A stretch of 64,000 bases of DNA from Antechinus flavipes. Its lineage: Eukaryota. The stretch is taken from positions 595,696,001-595,760,000 of the forward strand of contig NC_067399.1 of assembly GCF_016432865.1 (NCBI RefSeq), written 5' to 3'. Shown piece after piece: positions 25,463-39,295 of the stretch. The notes under the pieces are model-generated. The model was not told the origin of the DNA and ran no database searches. It saw only the letters and a list, made by a program, of their open reading frames with translations. The translations under genes and the position numbers were made by a program. How positions within the stretch are numbered: the stretch's first letter is position 1; each line of letters opens with the position of its first letter.

Positions 25463-25488
25463 GCCTACAGGCTGGAATTATTCTATTA

Positions 25489-25530
25489 GTGTATGTGTGT
25501 GTGTATGTATGTATGTATGTATGTGTGTGT
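25489..25530. repeat. (TG)n/(TATG)n microsatellite
   Basis: gtgtatgtgtgtgtgtatgtatgtatgtatgtatgtgtgtgt. Confidence 0.9.
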
Positions 25531-27029
25531 ACAGGCACACACATTGTCTTTGTGATTAACCCATTATCTAGTCCTTAACAATTGCTTTGGAAGTTAAGGG
25601 AAGTTTCAGGAACAAGTAGATCAGATAGTCAAGTAGCAGAAAGTCATCTGTCTTTAATTCGGAATGTTATAACGCATAAAGGTAAGGTTTGTAATCTAAA
25701 CTGAGATAGATGTGGAAAAAATGTAAAATTGGGCAAGAAGATAGGGTACAGAAAACGTCCAGTGCTACAGAAAGTATCCGGTGCTCTAATGCTGGAAGGG
25801 AACCATGTAACTGGGTCATCCCCGTTCATTGGACCTCTCTCAGTTACAATGGTCTTCAGACCACAGCTAGGAGTTGAGGGGCGTAAAGGTCAGGTAAAGT
25901 GATCATCCTGAGACTTGATATACCCAGCTCTTATTATTCTTACTGGTCAATATATGGAAAACCCTTCCACAATTTCTACAACAGGTAGTATGATAATACA
26001 AAGGTAAAGGATGGTGGATTTTGGATGGAGGAAGCAGCTTTTCAACCCAGAATTTATTTGTTTCCTATATCTGATTCTACAGTCAGAAAAATAAAACATA
26101 ATAGCCAATAAGAACCCAGTTGTACAGCTGGGGATAAATGAGGAAACTGAAACAATAAAGGGATTAAGTATTGCCCTGAGTCAAACAGCTAATAAATGTT
26201 GGAGGAACCTCAACAACAACTCAAACACTTCCGTGTTCTTGACTTTATCCACTACTAGACATAGTCAACCTATACCAGGTACTATTAACAATTAGACACC
26301 TAGTTAGGTCAGTAGAAACGATCTGTGAAACTGTGTGTGGGTAAAACTGTAAGGCCAACAATGTCTACAAAAAAGACTAGAAAAGCTATAACATGAAATC
26401 TATTACATAGTGAGCAAGAGACCAAGGACCTATTCAGAGAAGGCTAGGTAGACAAGAAAATATATAGATAGTCAGGAGAGCACAAAAAATCATGTCTTAG
26501 AGAGAGACAAACTAGTCAGTCCAAAACCTTAACTCAGTAAGCAATTTGTAGGTGTATTCCTTTTTCTCAGACCATAAGGTTCAAATCTGTATGCTCCCAA
26601 ACTATACACATTTTTACCAATAAATTCAATGTTTTATCCAATAAATTCAACAACTAAAGCTTACTTTATTTGTCTCAATTGTGCTTGGTGCAGCTGTGGA
26701 TCTGAATGTAACTGGTTTATTTCTCCATGTGCCTGGCATTTGTTCAAGATAACTTTCTACTGATTTCACAAGACTCAAATAGTGTGATTTCATCATCACA
26801 TGATCTTTGGGCATTTGATGTCCTTTCCATAACCTGAATTATCTTAGCTCCTGTTTGCTTTTGTTTGCTGTTTGGTTCCTTCTTTGGACAGATAGAAAAC
26901 TCTGGATTCACAAATCCAGATCACAAATACAAAGCAAACCCTGAAGTGGTTCAAATGTTTCCTGCAATCTGGCAGCACACCAATCCAGAGTACATTCTCC
27001 TTTTAAAAATATTTGCAGCTGACTTAGAT

Positions 27030-27320
27030 ACTCCAATTAATGCAATGATCCAGGACTTCCAAAGGACTTATGAAGAAAGATGTCTGTATCCAGAGAGAGA
27101 ATTGATGAATTTTGAGTGCAGATCAAGCCATATTTTTTCCACTTTATTCTCCTTGCTTTTTTTTTTCTTTGCAATATAGCTAATGAGCACATATGTTTTA
27201 CATGACTTCACATCTATAACTGATATGTTGCTTGTCTTCTAAATGGGTAGGGGAAAATTTGCAGGAGGAGAGAATTGGATACTCAATTTTTAAAAAAAAA
27301 TTAAGGTTAAAATAAAATGT
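27030..27320 (+). mobile_element. L1 3' UTR fragment
   Basis: atgcaatgatccaggacttccaaaggacttatgaagaaag...tatccagagagagaattgatgaa, homologous to 3750-4070. Confidence 0.75.
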
Positions 27321-30300
27321 AATTATTTGGGAAATTATGTAAATCGGACTCCCAACTGGCAAAATTTTACTATTTCTAAACCCATATCACTATGTTACTA
27401 TTTTAATGATCTTTGCCATGTTCCCATGATACACAACCTACCTCTGGTCTGGACTTCACTGCATTTCTGAGTTCATTAGACTTCACTTGCTTTTAACTCA
27501 GCCCACCATATTCTTATTTTCCTGTTATCTTCATATTTCCATATTCCACACTTCTTTCCCTCCTCCCTTCTTTCCACCCCTTTTGCTCTGGAAACAACAA
27601 TCAAATTAATACCATTCTTTCTCAACTGTTTTAAACTGTTTTATGACTACATTCAGTATCCCTATGACTTTTGTGACCAAAACACTTCCTGGCCATCTTT
27701 CCTCTATATGGGGTCCCCTCCAACCTTATCCCTGCCCCCAAAAGAAATTGCCTTTCTAGAGGACACAAACTACCTTGCTTTTTTATTTCTGTATCTCTGA
27801 TACTTAACATAGTTTCTGATTCACAGTGAGCACTTAAACAAAGATGGTCATTCATTCATTTACTCCATTAGGCTCAACAGTCATTTATTTATCACATATA
27901 CTGATTCCGAGAGGATATCCCCTCATTAATATATCTCAGAAGCTATTCTGCAATTCAGGAATCTTAGAGAATTGTTTGGGACCTTCAGAGATTAAGTTAC
28001 TTTTTTTGCAATCACACTACTAGTATATATCAGAGGGAAGATCTGAATCCAAGTTTTTCTAATATCAAGGTAAAGAACGCCTCCTATCACACTGCTGCTT
28101 CTCAAAATAGTAATGTTCTCCCAGTTCTGTGGCCTTGTCATTAATATAGACTCGTTATATATACAAACTATAACATTGTTAAGTTATAAACAGTAGTAAA
28201 AATTCGTGAAATCATAGTAGTTCTCATTTTTAATATATTCTTCCATCTCTTTGCTAAATCTATCTTAAAAACAATCTCTTTGTTTTCAGATGCTTTTGTG
28301 GGATTGCTCGTGACATTTATATGTCTATTTGATCTCCTTTTTTTTTAGATCTATTCTACTTGAACCTTTGTTTTTTTTCAATATCCATGACTAATGCCAG
28401 TGTGTCCTGCTCTACGAAAGTTCAATTTTCACAAACATGAACTTTAAAAAATTGAAAAAATATGAGTTTTCTTTTGTTTTGCCTTACAAGATGGTTGTCA
28501 AGTCCATTATATAGGTCCCTTGGTGGACATAAATATTTGATTATAGGTCCTTAATTATGCGACTTTGTAGAGGAGGAGGGCTAAAAACATTCTAAGTCAC
28601 TACCAATTGAAAATCAATCATCAGGAATGGAGTTAAGTCAATGAGAAAATTGTTCAATTAACAACAATATGACTTGTACCAACTTTCCAGCAGTAGATGC
28701 ACCATGTAAATACAAGGGTCTTTCCTTTCTGCATGGCAAGTCATCAATCTAAACAGCTTTCCTTTAACTCTTCTAGCATCATCCAATCCCCAGTTCATTT
28801 CAGAACTTCTCTCTAAAATGTAGCTTTTCTCCCTTGCCTATACCTCTAATCTTTTTCTCCATCTGCTGTTATTCATTCTTTAACTCTGCAGAATGTTTAA
28901 GGGATGTTGTCTGAATGGAAAGTATTCTCAGGAATAAAACTCTATGGTCATAATCATCCTTTGGGGGAAGGAATGGGGAGGGACTTTGATTGGCTAATGC
29001 CATCTTTCTCTAGCACAATTACTACTTATTATGTACAAAACAAATTAGCCAGCTTTTTTATTTCAAAGTTAGACATAATCATGTAGTTACTTTGCAGTTT
29101 ACTCATTGTTTTCTAAATCATTGTTTTAAGCCTCTCTGTCCAAAGCCTGTTTCAATGGTATTTTGATTCAATTCAATAAACATCGTTAGTGTCTACTAAA
29201 TTGAGAGGTACCCATGAAAGACTTAGGAGATACTGAGATTAAAAATGGCACAGTGCTCACATTCAAAGAAATAAAAATCAAGTAAGAAGGATGGCACATG
29301 CAATGAAATAACTATACAACAAATAAGAAAAATGATTAACTGGAGTTAAACAGAGCAATAGAAAAAAATTCAAGAAAGGAAAAATCATTCCTCATTGGGA
29401 ATATTATTGAGGTGGCAGAATTTGAGCCTTTGGATAAGGAGAGAAATATTATTAGATGGAGATGGGGGAAAAGAAGGGACAAGAGTCCCCCCAGCATGCT
29501 ACTTGAAAATGTTTAGAGCAATGGACAAACCAGATCTAAAAAATCAAGGGACTCATTTTCTAATCCCAAATCTGTAGCAAACTGGCAATATGATAAGCAC
29601 ATCCCTCTCTCTAACCCTGTTTCCCCTGCAATAAAATGAAGAACCTGGCTAAGAGACTCCTCCAAAACCCTTTCTTGATATCATATTTAATGGCTATGGA
29701 CTGAAAACTTCTGGGGCCAAAGGACTGGTCTGGATGAAGTTCAGATCATAACCAGAAGGTTGTTCACCAAGATGGTTAACTGAATCCAAAGCAATTCAAG
29801 AAGACAATTTCACCTTGAGAGAAATTGTGATTCCTCTTTATGAAGGGTGTCTGTACACTATGAAATCACAGAGGACTGAACTCAGTGGAGCTAGGAACAA
29901 CTAAGTTCCATTTCAACAGGAGAATATAAAACACTTCAGTGAAGTATCTTAACAAAATGGCCAGCTTGCTTGGGGTTTGCCCATCCTTGCACTGGTTGGT
30001 ATACCAATGCTACAATCAAAATCTGAGAAATACAAATTTAAAGACTCCTGCCTTATGTCTAAAATCAGAGGTGGAAAATAGTGCCCTGGAAGAGCTTTTC
30101 ACATTCTAAATCCCTCTAGAGAAAGAAATTCAGTTATTCCATATACAATTCACACACTGAACTGAATCAAAGGGGCCAGTTTTGTGATTTGAAATACTAT
30201 CACCAGAAGCCCAGGCCAGAGCCTCTAATTATTTTTACTTAGAAAGTACTACTGTGTTATTGGCAAACACAGGGCCCAGATAACCATTCTAAATGACTTC

Positions 30301-32601
30301 GGGACAAGTAACAATTGCAGGGAGCAAGAAATGTATTTCTATATATTATGATGTGGAACTGAATGGTGAAAATATGAAAATTTACATGGTCTGCATGAGA
30401 AGTGATTTATTGCTCGGAAAGTTCAGAAGACACAGTGAGAGACTGTTGTTTACAAATCTTTGCCAATTTACAGGGTATCTTTCTGCATTTCTTTTTATTG
30501 CTGCAGAATTGAATTCACAACTTGTTTCCTCTTTCCCTCAGACTTGATTAATTACCATGTTAACATAACTACTGTTCTCTTTCTTATAATGGGCTCCCTC
30601 TAAAGTGCTGCTACAGCAAAAAATAAATAAATAAATAAAAAATAGAGAGAGAGTTCCAGATTTTCACTGGAGCAGTACAATCCTTGCTGAAAGCTTATGA
30701 TTTTTCAAATTTATATCCTACTCTACCAAAGCCAACATGTATCCGATAGCAAATCTGATAACACAGGGCTTTGACCCACGTAATTGATCCTTCAAAATTC
30801 TTGCCTTTTCCAGCTGAAGTGGTAAAAATTACATTTAAAAATGCACATGTTGGCTCTTGAGAGTTTATTTTGTTGCTCACATCCACTGTTTCAGAGAGAT
30901 TGTATTACACAATGATGAATTTCTACTGTTCTTTTTTTTTTTTCTTTTTTCCATATTATACAACTACATTAAGCTTTATGCGCCTTAAGCAAGCCTCCTG
31001 GGGTAAGGGCGTGTAGAGTTTTAGAGGAGGGGAAAAGATGTTGGGAGATTAGTAACAACTGCAATCCTGTGAATATACATGAATTCTGTATAATTTTTCC
31101 TAGCCACGAGAAAATACATTCAAATGGTAAAAATAAGAGTCATGGATTTGCCCCATCTTCAAGAGCACGCATTGCCAAAGCCACCCCATATCTTTAAAAA
31201 TTGGATGTCTCCTGAAAATGTGTGTAACTCATATGCCCAGAAGTGATTAATAGTGCTGTCTCAGCAAATACGATCATTACATTTTTAATTAACCTTTCCA
31301 ACCTCCCCCACCTTTTCCTTTTGTTATACATTGGATCTTTGAAGTTTTGCACTTGCTTATGTTCAATTGGGTCTGAAACAAAGGCATGAAAAATAATTGC
31401 AGCTGACCTGGATCCCAGGGCCCTTATAAGGCACTGAGTTGAGAAACATGCTAAGGTAATGAGACCCCTTATAAATCAGGACTGGGGACAGACATTTTGC
31501 ACTTCATGGGTGTGTTCCCACCTAATTTTTGTTTTGGCAGCTTACTGTTATTTAATGGCTCCAGCTACCAGGAAACTGGCTTTTTAAAATCTCCCTCAAC
31601 CTAATTATAATTACTGTGTATAAATCACACAATGATCAATTATAAAAATCACAGGTTCATAAATATTTAACTTAGCATTTAAATCCACACTGCAGGAGTG
31701 CCTTAGATTCCTCAGCCCATCTCTTTGCAAACAACTGCTTTATTATGGTACTAATGCCAATTATTGAAAACTGAAGCTATTTTGTCTTTCTACCCTCGTG
31801 TACTATATTGCAGAGCTGTGCCTTTCACTGTATTAAGATGACACAATTTAATATTTCTAAAATATGCATGCATCCCATTAGAAAGTTATTTTGCCAATTC
31901 TTCTGTAGCCCTTCTTAATGCCTCAAATATGGAGGAACACAATTATATTATTACTCATAAATATTGCTTGTTAAAATATATTTTATCTAGCCTAAGGTTG
32001 ATTCTAAGATAATTGAGGTCAGATTTGTTTTTGGGGAAAAATATATTGTGATATATATGAAGCTGATATATAAGAAGGAAATTATCTTTTACAGAGACTA
32101 AAGTAGTACAGCTTGGCACTTTTTCTCCCAGAAAAACCATAAAACCATAATTGGATTTCAATTTAGTAATAGTAAGTCTAAAACAGACCATTTTTAATAA
32201 TCTAATTATGTGTTATATGGCTATAGCAAATATAAAGCTACTGCTTTAGGACTATTAATTGTACTTAATCCTGTTGCAACTTCAACCATGAAATTTGTTA
32301 TTACATGTAGGACAAGTTTCCAGCTACAGGTTTCTTATAATCTCTGATAATCTTTAAAACAATCAAGAATAAGACGACTCTTCACTTTTCTCAAAGCAAG
32401 GGTTTGGAATTGGACCCATGATTTCAGTGGTATAAGGGAAATTTCAAATGGTGAGATTTTTCTTACCAGTGAACATGGGGAGAGAGAAGAAACATATATA
32501 CGAAGCATCATTTTTTATATGTCAAGAACTATGCTGAGTGTTTTACAAATATTATCTCATTTAATCTTCATAACAACTCTTTGAGGAAGGTGATGTTATT
32601 A

Positions 32602-32799
32602 CAGTTATCCCTTCCATATCATGTGGGGTTAGGAGTACAGGTTCTCAAGATTTGGAAAATCCATGTAAAAAATTTTGGCCCTCCTTTCCCCAACTGGAGA
32701 AGGCAGATTTTTTTTTTCTTTTTCTTTCTTTTTTATGGGGTGGTTACAGTACCTTATTGTAAAATTTGGGTCGATATTTATAATATTAAACCTGCCTAC

Positions 32800-32851
<52 letters not shown>

Positions 32852-33008
32852 CCTATGCATTTCTGAGTTTCTAAACTTTTCTGTATTTTCTGCTGCCTTT
32901 CATGTGCTATATGAGACTTCTACAAAACTACCCTCAAATTCCCACTTAATTTCTTACCTTCACCTCTGATATATCGAAACTGCAATGGGGAAAGTTATGA
33001 TGTGGAAA
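32602..33008. mobile_element. Tc1/mariner (Tigger-like) non-autonomous element inserted in a MIR/MAR1 SINE
   Basis: Begins ta|cagttatcccttccatatcatg; the right end atgatgtggaaag is a partial inverted copy. SINE halves lie on both sides (32500-32600 and 33010-33130). Confidence 0.65.
32802..32848. repeat. (AC)n microsatellite
   Basis: Perfect AC run of about 23 units. Confidence 0.97.
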
Positions 33009-34224
33009 GAAAATTGAAACAAACAGACCTTGGATTCCCAGTCACACAGGGATTAAGTATATGAGGGCTGCATTTGAACTCAAGTCTTCCTGATTCTAAA
33101 CTTAATGTTCTCTTAGCCATCCATCTAGTTGAAGTAATCACCTTCTCTACAACATATTATACTTTTAGAGAATTATCTAGAGGTTGTTAGACAGTATGGC
33201 TTGACCAGACTTGAAGTGACATCTTCTTGCCTCTGAGACCAGTTCCTTCTCTACTATGCTGTGTTTCTCTCAAAGTTAACTAACTCTTTAAAATTTTGCT
33301 CTTGACCAAAATATATTTAATTTTAAATTTTTTTTAAATTCTAGATCTCTCTATCTTGCCTAATTAAAAGTACAGGGACTTCTTATATGCCCAATCCCAC
33401 TGCTGATCTATACGGAATCTTTGACCTACTTTATTTATAGCCTGGGCTGGTTTGCAACCTGGTGGATCAGGCAATATGGTGGATCCTCAATCCAGAGGAT
33501 TCACTATAATTGAAACTGCATAGCCCACTGCATCTCAGAACCTGGAAGCACGAGATCAGACAGTCTTTCAGGTAGCTGAGGCTATCACTCTGCACCCCCA
33601 GGTCCAAGCAGAATACAGTAAATATATATATATATATTCATAAATTAAATATTTTATAGATGCCTTTTGTCTTTATATCATAGTACTTTTGCACCTCCAT
33701 TCCTTATAGCAAAGAAAAAAATTTATACAAAAATATTCAATACTCTGACAACATAAAGACTGGTTCTCCATTGGTTTTTCCATAACTCAGAGTTTAGTTT
33801 TAACCAGAACACACTTGATCATTCCTAACTGTATTTTGTTGTGTTTCTCTAAGTAAAATTCATACTGAAATCCATTAGCAATTTTTCTGTTTTTATGAAG
33901 ACTCTGACAGCAGGCCCTTACTTTCAACAGATCTTCGTTAATTAAAGGTATTTTAATTGCCAACATCTCATTAGCAGTCAAATGAATGAGTACTTGAAAT
34001 ACAGGAAGAGTCAGATCTGCATAGTAATGTAAATCTATTTCAAGTTATTCAGTGCAAAATACTATTCAGCTAATATTCTACATAAGATTAGCCCAGCCTC
34101 AGAAAACAACCACTAACTGGCCCTGTTATGTAACTGTGGCATTGGAAGAAACTTTTTGGATGACTTAATAAAATTTCTTCATTTTATAGATATGGACATG
34201 GTCCAAAGAGTTAAGTCCTTTCAG

Positions 34225-34460
34225 TCATGTCCAGTCCTTTTGGTCATGTCTGATTCTTCATGACCTCATTTAGATTTTTCTTGGCAGAGATGCTAGAGTG
34301 GCTTACTGATTTCCTTCTCCTACTCATTTTACAGATTAGGAAATAGAGGCAAATGGGGTTAAGTGACAGCTAATAGGTGTCTGAAGTCAGACTTACTCTG
34401 GAACAAGACTCCTCATGACTTCAGGTCTAGTGCTCTATCCACTGGGCCACCTAGCTACCC
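34225..34460 (-). mobile_element. MAR1-type SINE (a second partial copy on + at ~34480-34565)
   Basis: ttcagtcatgtcc...tttcttggcagagatgctagagtgg...ctcattttacagattaggaaatagaggcaaatggggttaagtgac. Confidence 0.75.
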
Positions 34461-34958
34461 CTCTAGGTAATTACCCTTAAGTATATAAAGTATGACCACT
34501 CTAGTATTTCTGCCAAGAAAATTCCAAATGGGATCAGGAAGAGTTGGACATGACTGAACAACAAGAAGCAAAAATAACTTCTTTATATTATACAAATATG
34601 GATATGGCCTGAAAACTTTAACTAGTCTGAAAGCACAAAATGCTGAATTCTCCCAGATTTTCTACTAATATACCATTAATAAGAAAAATCTATCTAGAAA
34701 AAAATAAGTTTCATATATGACTATTACATTTTCTTTTAAGTCTAAATTTACTCAGTGAAATGATGCAATAATTTGACTGATTTTTTCCAAGTATGCCAGA
34801 AATTTGCTTTGAAATAGGCATCATTCCTCCTTATAGTCATTTTAAGAGATTTAACATCTATTTTAACAATGCTACCAATACTCAAAATATTTTTTAAATT
34901 CCTTTGGAAATTGCCTTCAGAACTTGAGTATCATTTTTAAAAAATGTTTCTGATTGTT

Positions 34959-35638
34959 GTTTTTTTTTAAAATAACTTTTTATTGACAGAACCCATGCCA
35001 GGGTTTTTTACAACATTATCCCTTGCACTCATTTCTGTTCCGATTTTTCCCCTCCCTCTCTCCATCTCCTCCCCCAGATGGCAAGCAGTCCTATACATGT
35101 TAAATAGGTTACAGTATATCCTAGATACAGTATATGTTTGCAGAACCGAACAGTTCTCTTGTTGCACAGGGAGAATTGGATTCAGAAGGTAAAAATAACC
35201 TGGGAAAAAAAACAAAAATGCAAGCAGTTTACATTCATTTCCCAGTGTTCTTTCTTTGGGTGTAGCTGCTTCTGTCCATCCTTGATCAATTGAAACTGAG
35301 TTAGATCTTCTCTTTATCGAAGAGATCCACTTCCATCAGAATACATCCTCAAACAGTATTATTGTTGAGGTATATAATGATCTCCTGGTTCTGCTCATTT
35401 CACTTAGCATCAGTTCATGTAAGTCTCGCCAGTCCTCTCTGTATTCATCCTGCTAGTCATTCCTTACAGAACAATAATATTCTATAACATTCATATACCA
35501 CAATTTACTCAACCATTCTCCAGTTGATGGGCATCCATTCATTTTTCCAGCTTCTAGCCACTACAAACAGGGCTGTCACAAACATTTTGACACAGGTCCC
35601 TTTCCCTTCTTTAGTATCTCTTTGGGGTATAAGACCGA
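34959..35638 (-). mobile_element. Young dasyurid-type L1 3' end with TSD
   Basis: aataactttttattgacagaacccatgccaggg... with a poly-T end. 10-bp TSD tctgattgtt at 34949-34958 and 35639-35648. Confidence 0.92.
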
Positions 35639-37102
35639 TCTGATTGTTTTTGAAAAGACACAAGTTATTCCTAACTAATGAAGTCTGATTAAAAGAAAAG
35701 ATATGATTAGATGGATCATGTCATTTAGGTTCAAAACTGAGGTTTAACTAATACAGTAATATGACTTGGTTTTTTTGTGTGGCTTGTATAAATAGCTGCT
35801 GAAGACAATTCCCAAAGAGGTGATTTAACCATGTTATACAGCAACATTTATGGAACGAATTTACAATCTCCCAAGGATATTACAGTACTTCTAAAGGGAC
35901 AAGACCCATTTAAATATAAGTTCTATTTCATTCATTAGAAAGTCAATCTTAATTCCTGTTTAATTATGTTTTGCATATATGATCTTGGATGTACTTAGAT
36001 TCAAACATGTACCCTTTGAAGGTAAGATGAAAGGTAAAGGGCACATTCCTATTAACTATCTTACCTAAATGAATAGTTAATCCACAGACTTTTAGGTCCC
36101 TAGAATACACATGAGGAAAACATAATACAGGTTCCAACACCAATGAATAAACTGTAAGAGAGAGTTGGTATAAGAACATATATTAAATTTGGAGTCCAAG
36201 TATTAAATTTTAAATACTTCACTCTATTTGTCAACACCTACACTGTGATTTGGTCTATATTTTCTTATCTATAACAGGAAGAGGTTGGACTAAGTGATCT
36301 TTATGGTCAGTTCCAACTCTTACCACCTAGGATCTCAGATGATTTAGGAGCCTACTAGAAGCTACACAAGCAACTTTGTGCAATGCTATGATGGTGATCA
36401 ATCACATGATATGGAGGGCTGTAAGAAGCTTTAGAGTAAGAATTTCAGCAAAGATAAGCTAAATTCATCAGGTCTTTATTTTTAGTTAGAGAACTCAGAA
36501 TCCAATACTTTTCCTCCCACAAGCCTATTTACATACCTGCTGTGGTTCCTATTTACATTCACCTGCTACCCAATTAATGCCCCATTAAGCTGATCCACCC
36601 GCAGTGCTTTTCACTTCAGACCTGGGTAATATCACTATCTTTCATCTGTTACAGTTCAATTGTTTGGGGATTTTGTTTTTGTTTTTGTTTTGGAAGAGCA
36701 ACAGAAAATGGATAAACATAACTAGCATGCTTTACTTTTACAGGATATTCTAAATTGTTTTAAACTTAAAAGTTCAGGAGTTTGAACTCTTTCCTTCTAA
36801 TATTTTGGCTGAAAATCAAGATTAAAATCTCACCACAGAGGATAACAGCTTCTACTCACATTTCTATGGCTTAGGAGTTTCTTTCCTCATAAGAACAAAG
36901 ATAGGGTGAGAAGGCACTATCATCTCCATTTTGGAGATGCAAGTAAACTAAAGCTTGAGAAGTTAAATGATTTGTCCCATATCACCTAGACACTAAATTA
37001 CAGATGGGATTCAAATCTAGATCTTCTGGCTCCAAAAATCAATGCTATTTCCACTATAATCACATAAACGATCACTGAGTTACAATAAATCTCAGCATAA
37101 AA

Positions 37103-37625
37103 AAGCCATTCTCCAAGTGAGTTTCTTGGGTTCCAGGCAGGTCTCAAGACCTTTGCACAGGGTTTGCGAAGCCAAAATATTTTCAAAATAATACTAAAAA
37201 TGTTATTTGCCTATTCAAGTATTCCTCCCTTTTCCAATTATATATNNNNNNNNNNNNNNNNNNNNNNNNNNNNNNNNNNNNNNNNNNNNNNNNNNNNNNN
37301 NNNNNNNNNNNNNNNNNNNNNNNNNNNNNNNNNNNNNNNNNNNNNNNNNNNNNNNNNNNNNNNNNNNNNNNNNNNNNNNNNNNNNNNNNTTTCTTACTAG
37401 TTTTTTATTTTATAAAATATGGGTTTTTCCCCAAAATATGCTTTTCGTGTTGAAATGCAATGGTATTATTGTTATTTTCAATATATACTTTTTAAAAATT
37501 TGTCCTTTTTAATTTCTAATGCAATTAATATTGATGGATATAATTTACATGAACAAAAGCTCTTTTGGTCCTCAATAATTTAAGAGTTTAAAGGGGTCCT
37601 GAGCACAAAAGTTTGAGGATCACTG
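37103..37625 (+). mobile_element. Charlie1-like hAT DNA transposon remnant spanning an assembly gap
   Basis: Left end ...caaaatattttcaaaataatactaaaaatgttatttgcc. Right end aacaaaagctcttttggtcctcaataatttaagagtttaaaggggtcctgagcacaaaagtttgaggatcactg, the reverse complement of the left part of the 25261 MITE. Confidence 0.7.
37246..37389. other. Assembly gap (144 N)
   Basis: Run of n. Confidence 1.
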
Positions 37626-39104
37626 CTTCATAAATAAGGAAGAAAGCCAATCTCCATTGATGAAAAGTATGCATTACAGACAATTTTAAAGACTTATGTT
37701 AACAAAGCATAGCTCGGTAGAAACCTTTTAATGTTTTGTTTTAATGAGCAAGTAAGAATGGATTGCAATTAGTACTTCATTCTCTTTGTATTAATCACAT
37801 TGATAGGAGGGTAGGGATGGGTTTCAATCCGAATTAATGGAGGGAATATCTATGTCAACAAAATCTTTTAAAGTATGTAAATGGATATTCTTAGGTGCTT
37901 GAAAACTTTTCTTTCTATAAACATTTTCCCTACAATTAAAAATATGAAGAAATGGCTTATTTATCTAACAAACCCTTTCAAAACAGTTATTACATGAATT
38001 CTGAATCATTGTTACCCAAAATAATGTTTTTGTACTTGAGTTTCCATTGAAAAATTCAATAACCTTCATTAATCACCTACTATGTACAAGGCACTGTACT
38101 AAGTAGTGATGGATGTTCCTTCTTTCTATAAAGGGGATTCTTCTCACTCCCATTGCAATTGTTCACTTACATAGATGGAGATCCTGATGCTGATAACTTT
38201 GTACTTCTAATGAAGGCTGAAAAGCAAGTAGAGCATTATTCTATGCCAGGAAGATCTCCTGGCAAAGGAGGAAGTGTATAGGGTGAGCTTGTTTATTTTA
38301 TTTTAATGGTGAGTTGGCAAGTCTTCCCACTCATTTCATTTGTAATTTTAAATTGGTTCCAAATGCACCAACACATTTACCCTTTTTAGCCCCTGACTTG
38401 CTATTTCACCATTTAAAGCCCTACATTGGTTTGCTGGAAGATTAAGTTAAAACCCCAAGTTTTTACATTAAAATTCTTTAGTTGATGGCTCCATTATGTC
38501 TCTGTAACTTAATCTGTGTCTCTGTCTGCTACAAGAATTGCAGGGTAGATATGGTCATATTCCTATGGTGTTCTGTGGGCACCGTGCCACTCATCCACAG
38601 GAGGTATTCTCCCTCTTGGCTTCAGTCCACAAGCCATTTCTCTCCTGCAGGTTCAGTCAAGTGAGTCATTCAATGGATCTGAAGTTGCCTTCAAATAATG
38701 CTTTCTCCTGCCTTTCCCTAATGTTTCAGTTTGACGATTCTTTCACAGGACTTTATAAGGTGCCCCAGAACTTGTAGAGGTCATGATGAAAAATAATAAT
38801 ATGCTAAACAAGAACATGTCTAAACGATAGAATTTATTTTTATTATTTTTTTTAATCCAGCCAATTTCTTGGTGGTGAACTGATGTATTTTAGATAAAAC
38901 GCATTTCACTCAAGGTGTGCTTTTTCAGATAGAGACAGATGTGAATGTTCTGTAGTTCTCATTTTTTCAATAACTACACTTAATCAGAAAGTGAAGTCAA
39001 AGTTGAATGTGGTCAATTATTATTAAAATGTTTATTCAGTCTTACACTTGGGTTGGCTAGATTAGGGCAATATTCTTCCTAAATTCCTGTACTACATACA
39101 TAAT

Positions 39105-39295
39105 GGATTATAAACTTCTAACCCACTAATTCTTGACTTTGGCTATGTAAATTTTAAAAATATTTTGAAAGGTGTTTTTCAAAATGATATTTTTATAATT
39201 TGATATATTATGCATTTAAAAAAAAAACATTCTGAGGAAGAATCCACAGGATTCACCAACTCCCAAAGAAGGGTCAATGACTAAAAAAATTGTCC
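39105..39295. mobile_element. Short hAT-Charlie MITE remnant (Charlie4z-like)
   Basis: aaaaatattttgaaagg...tgcatttaaaaaaaaaacattctgaggaagaatccacaggattcacc...gggtcaatgactaaaaaaatt. Confidence 0.5.

Noticed and set aside
26865-27179. 104-aa plus-strand ORF
   Set aside because: The 3' half is L1 3' UTR and I recognise no protein in the 5' half.
30676-30700. Minus-strand GCTTTCAGCAAG, resembling the DVFQQ microexon end
   Set aside because: It is followed by GA, not GT, so there is no donor.
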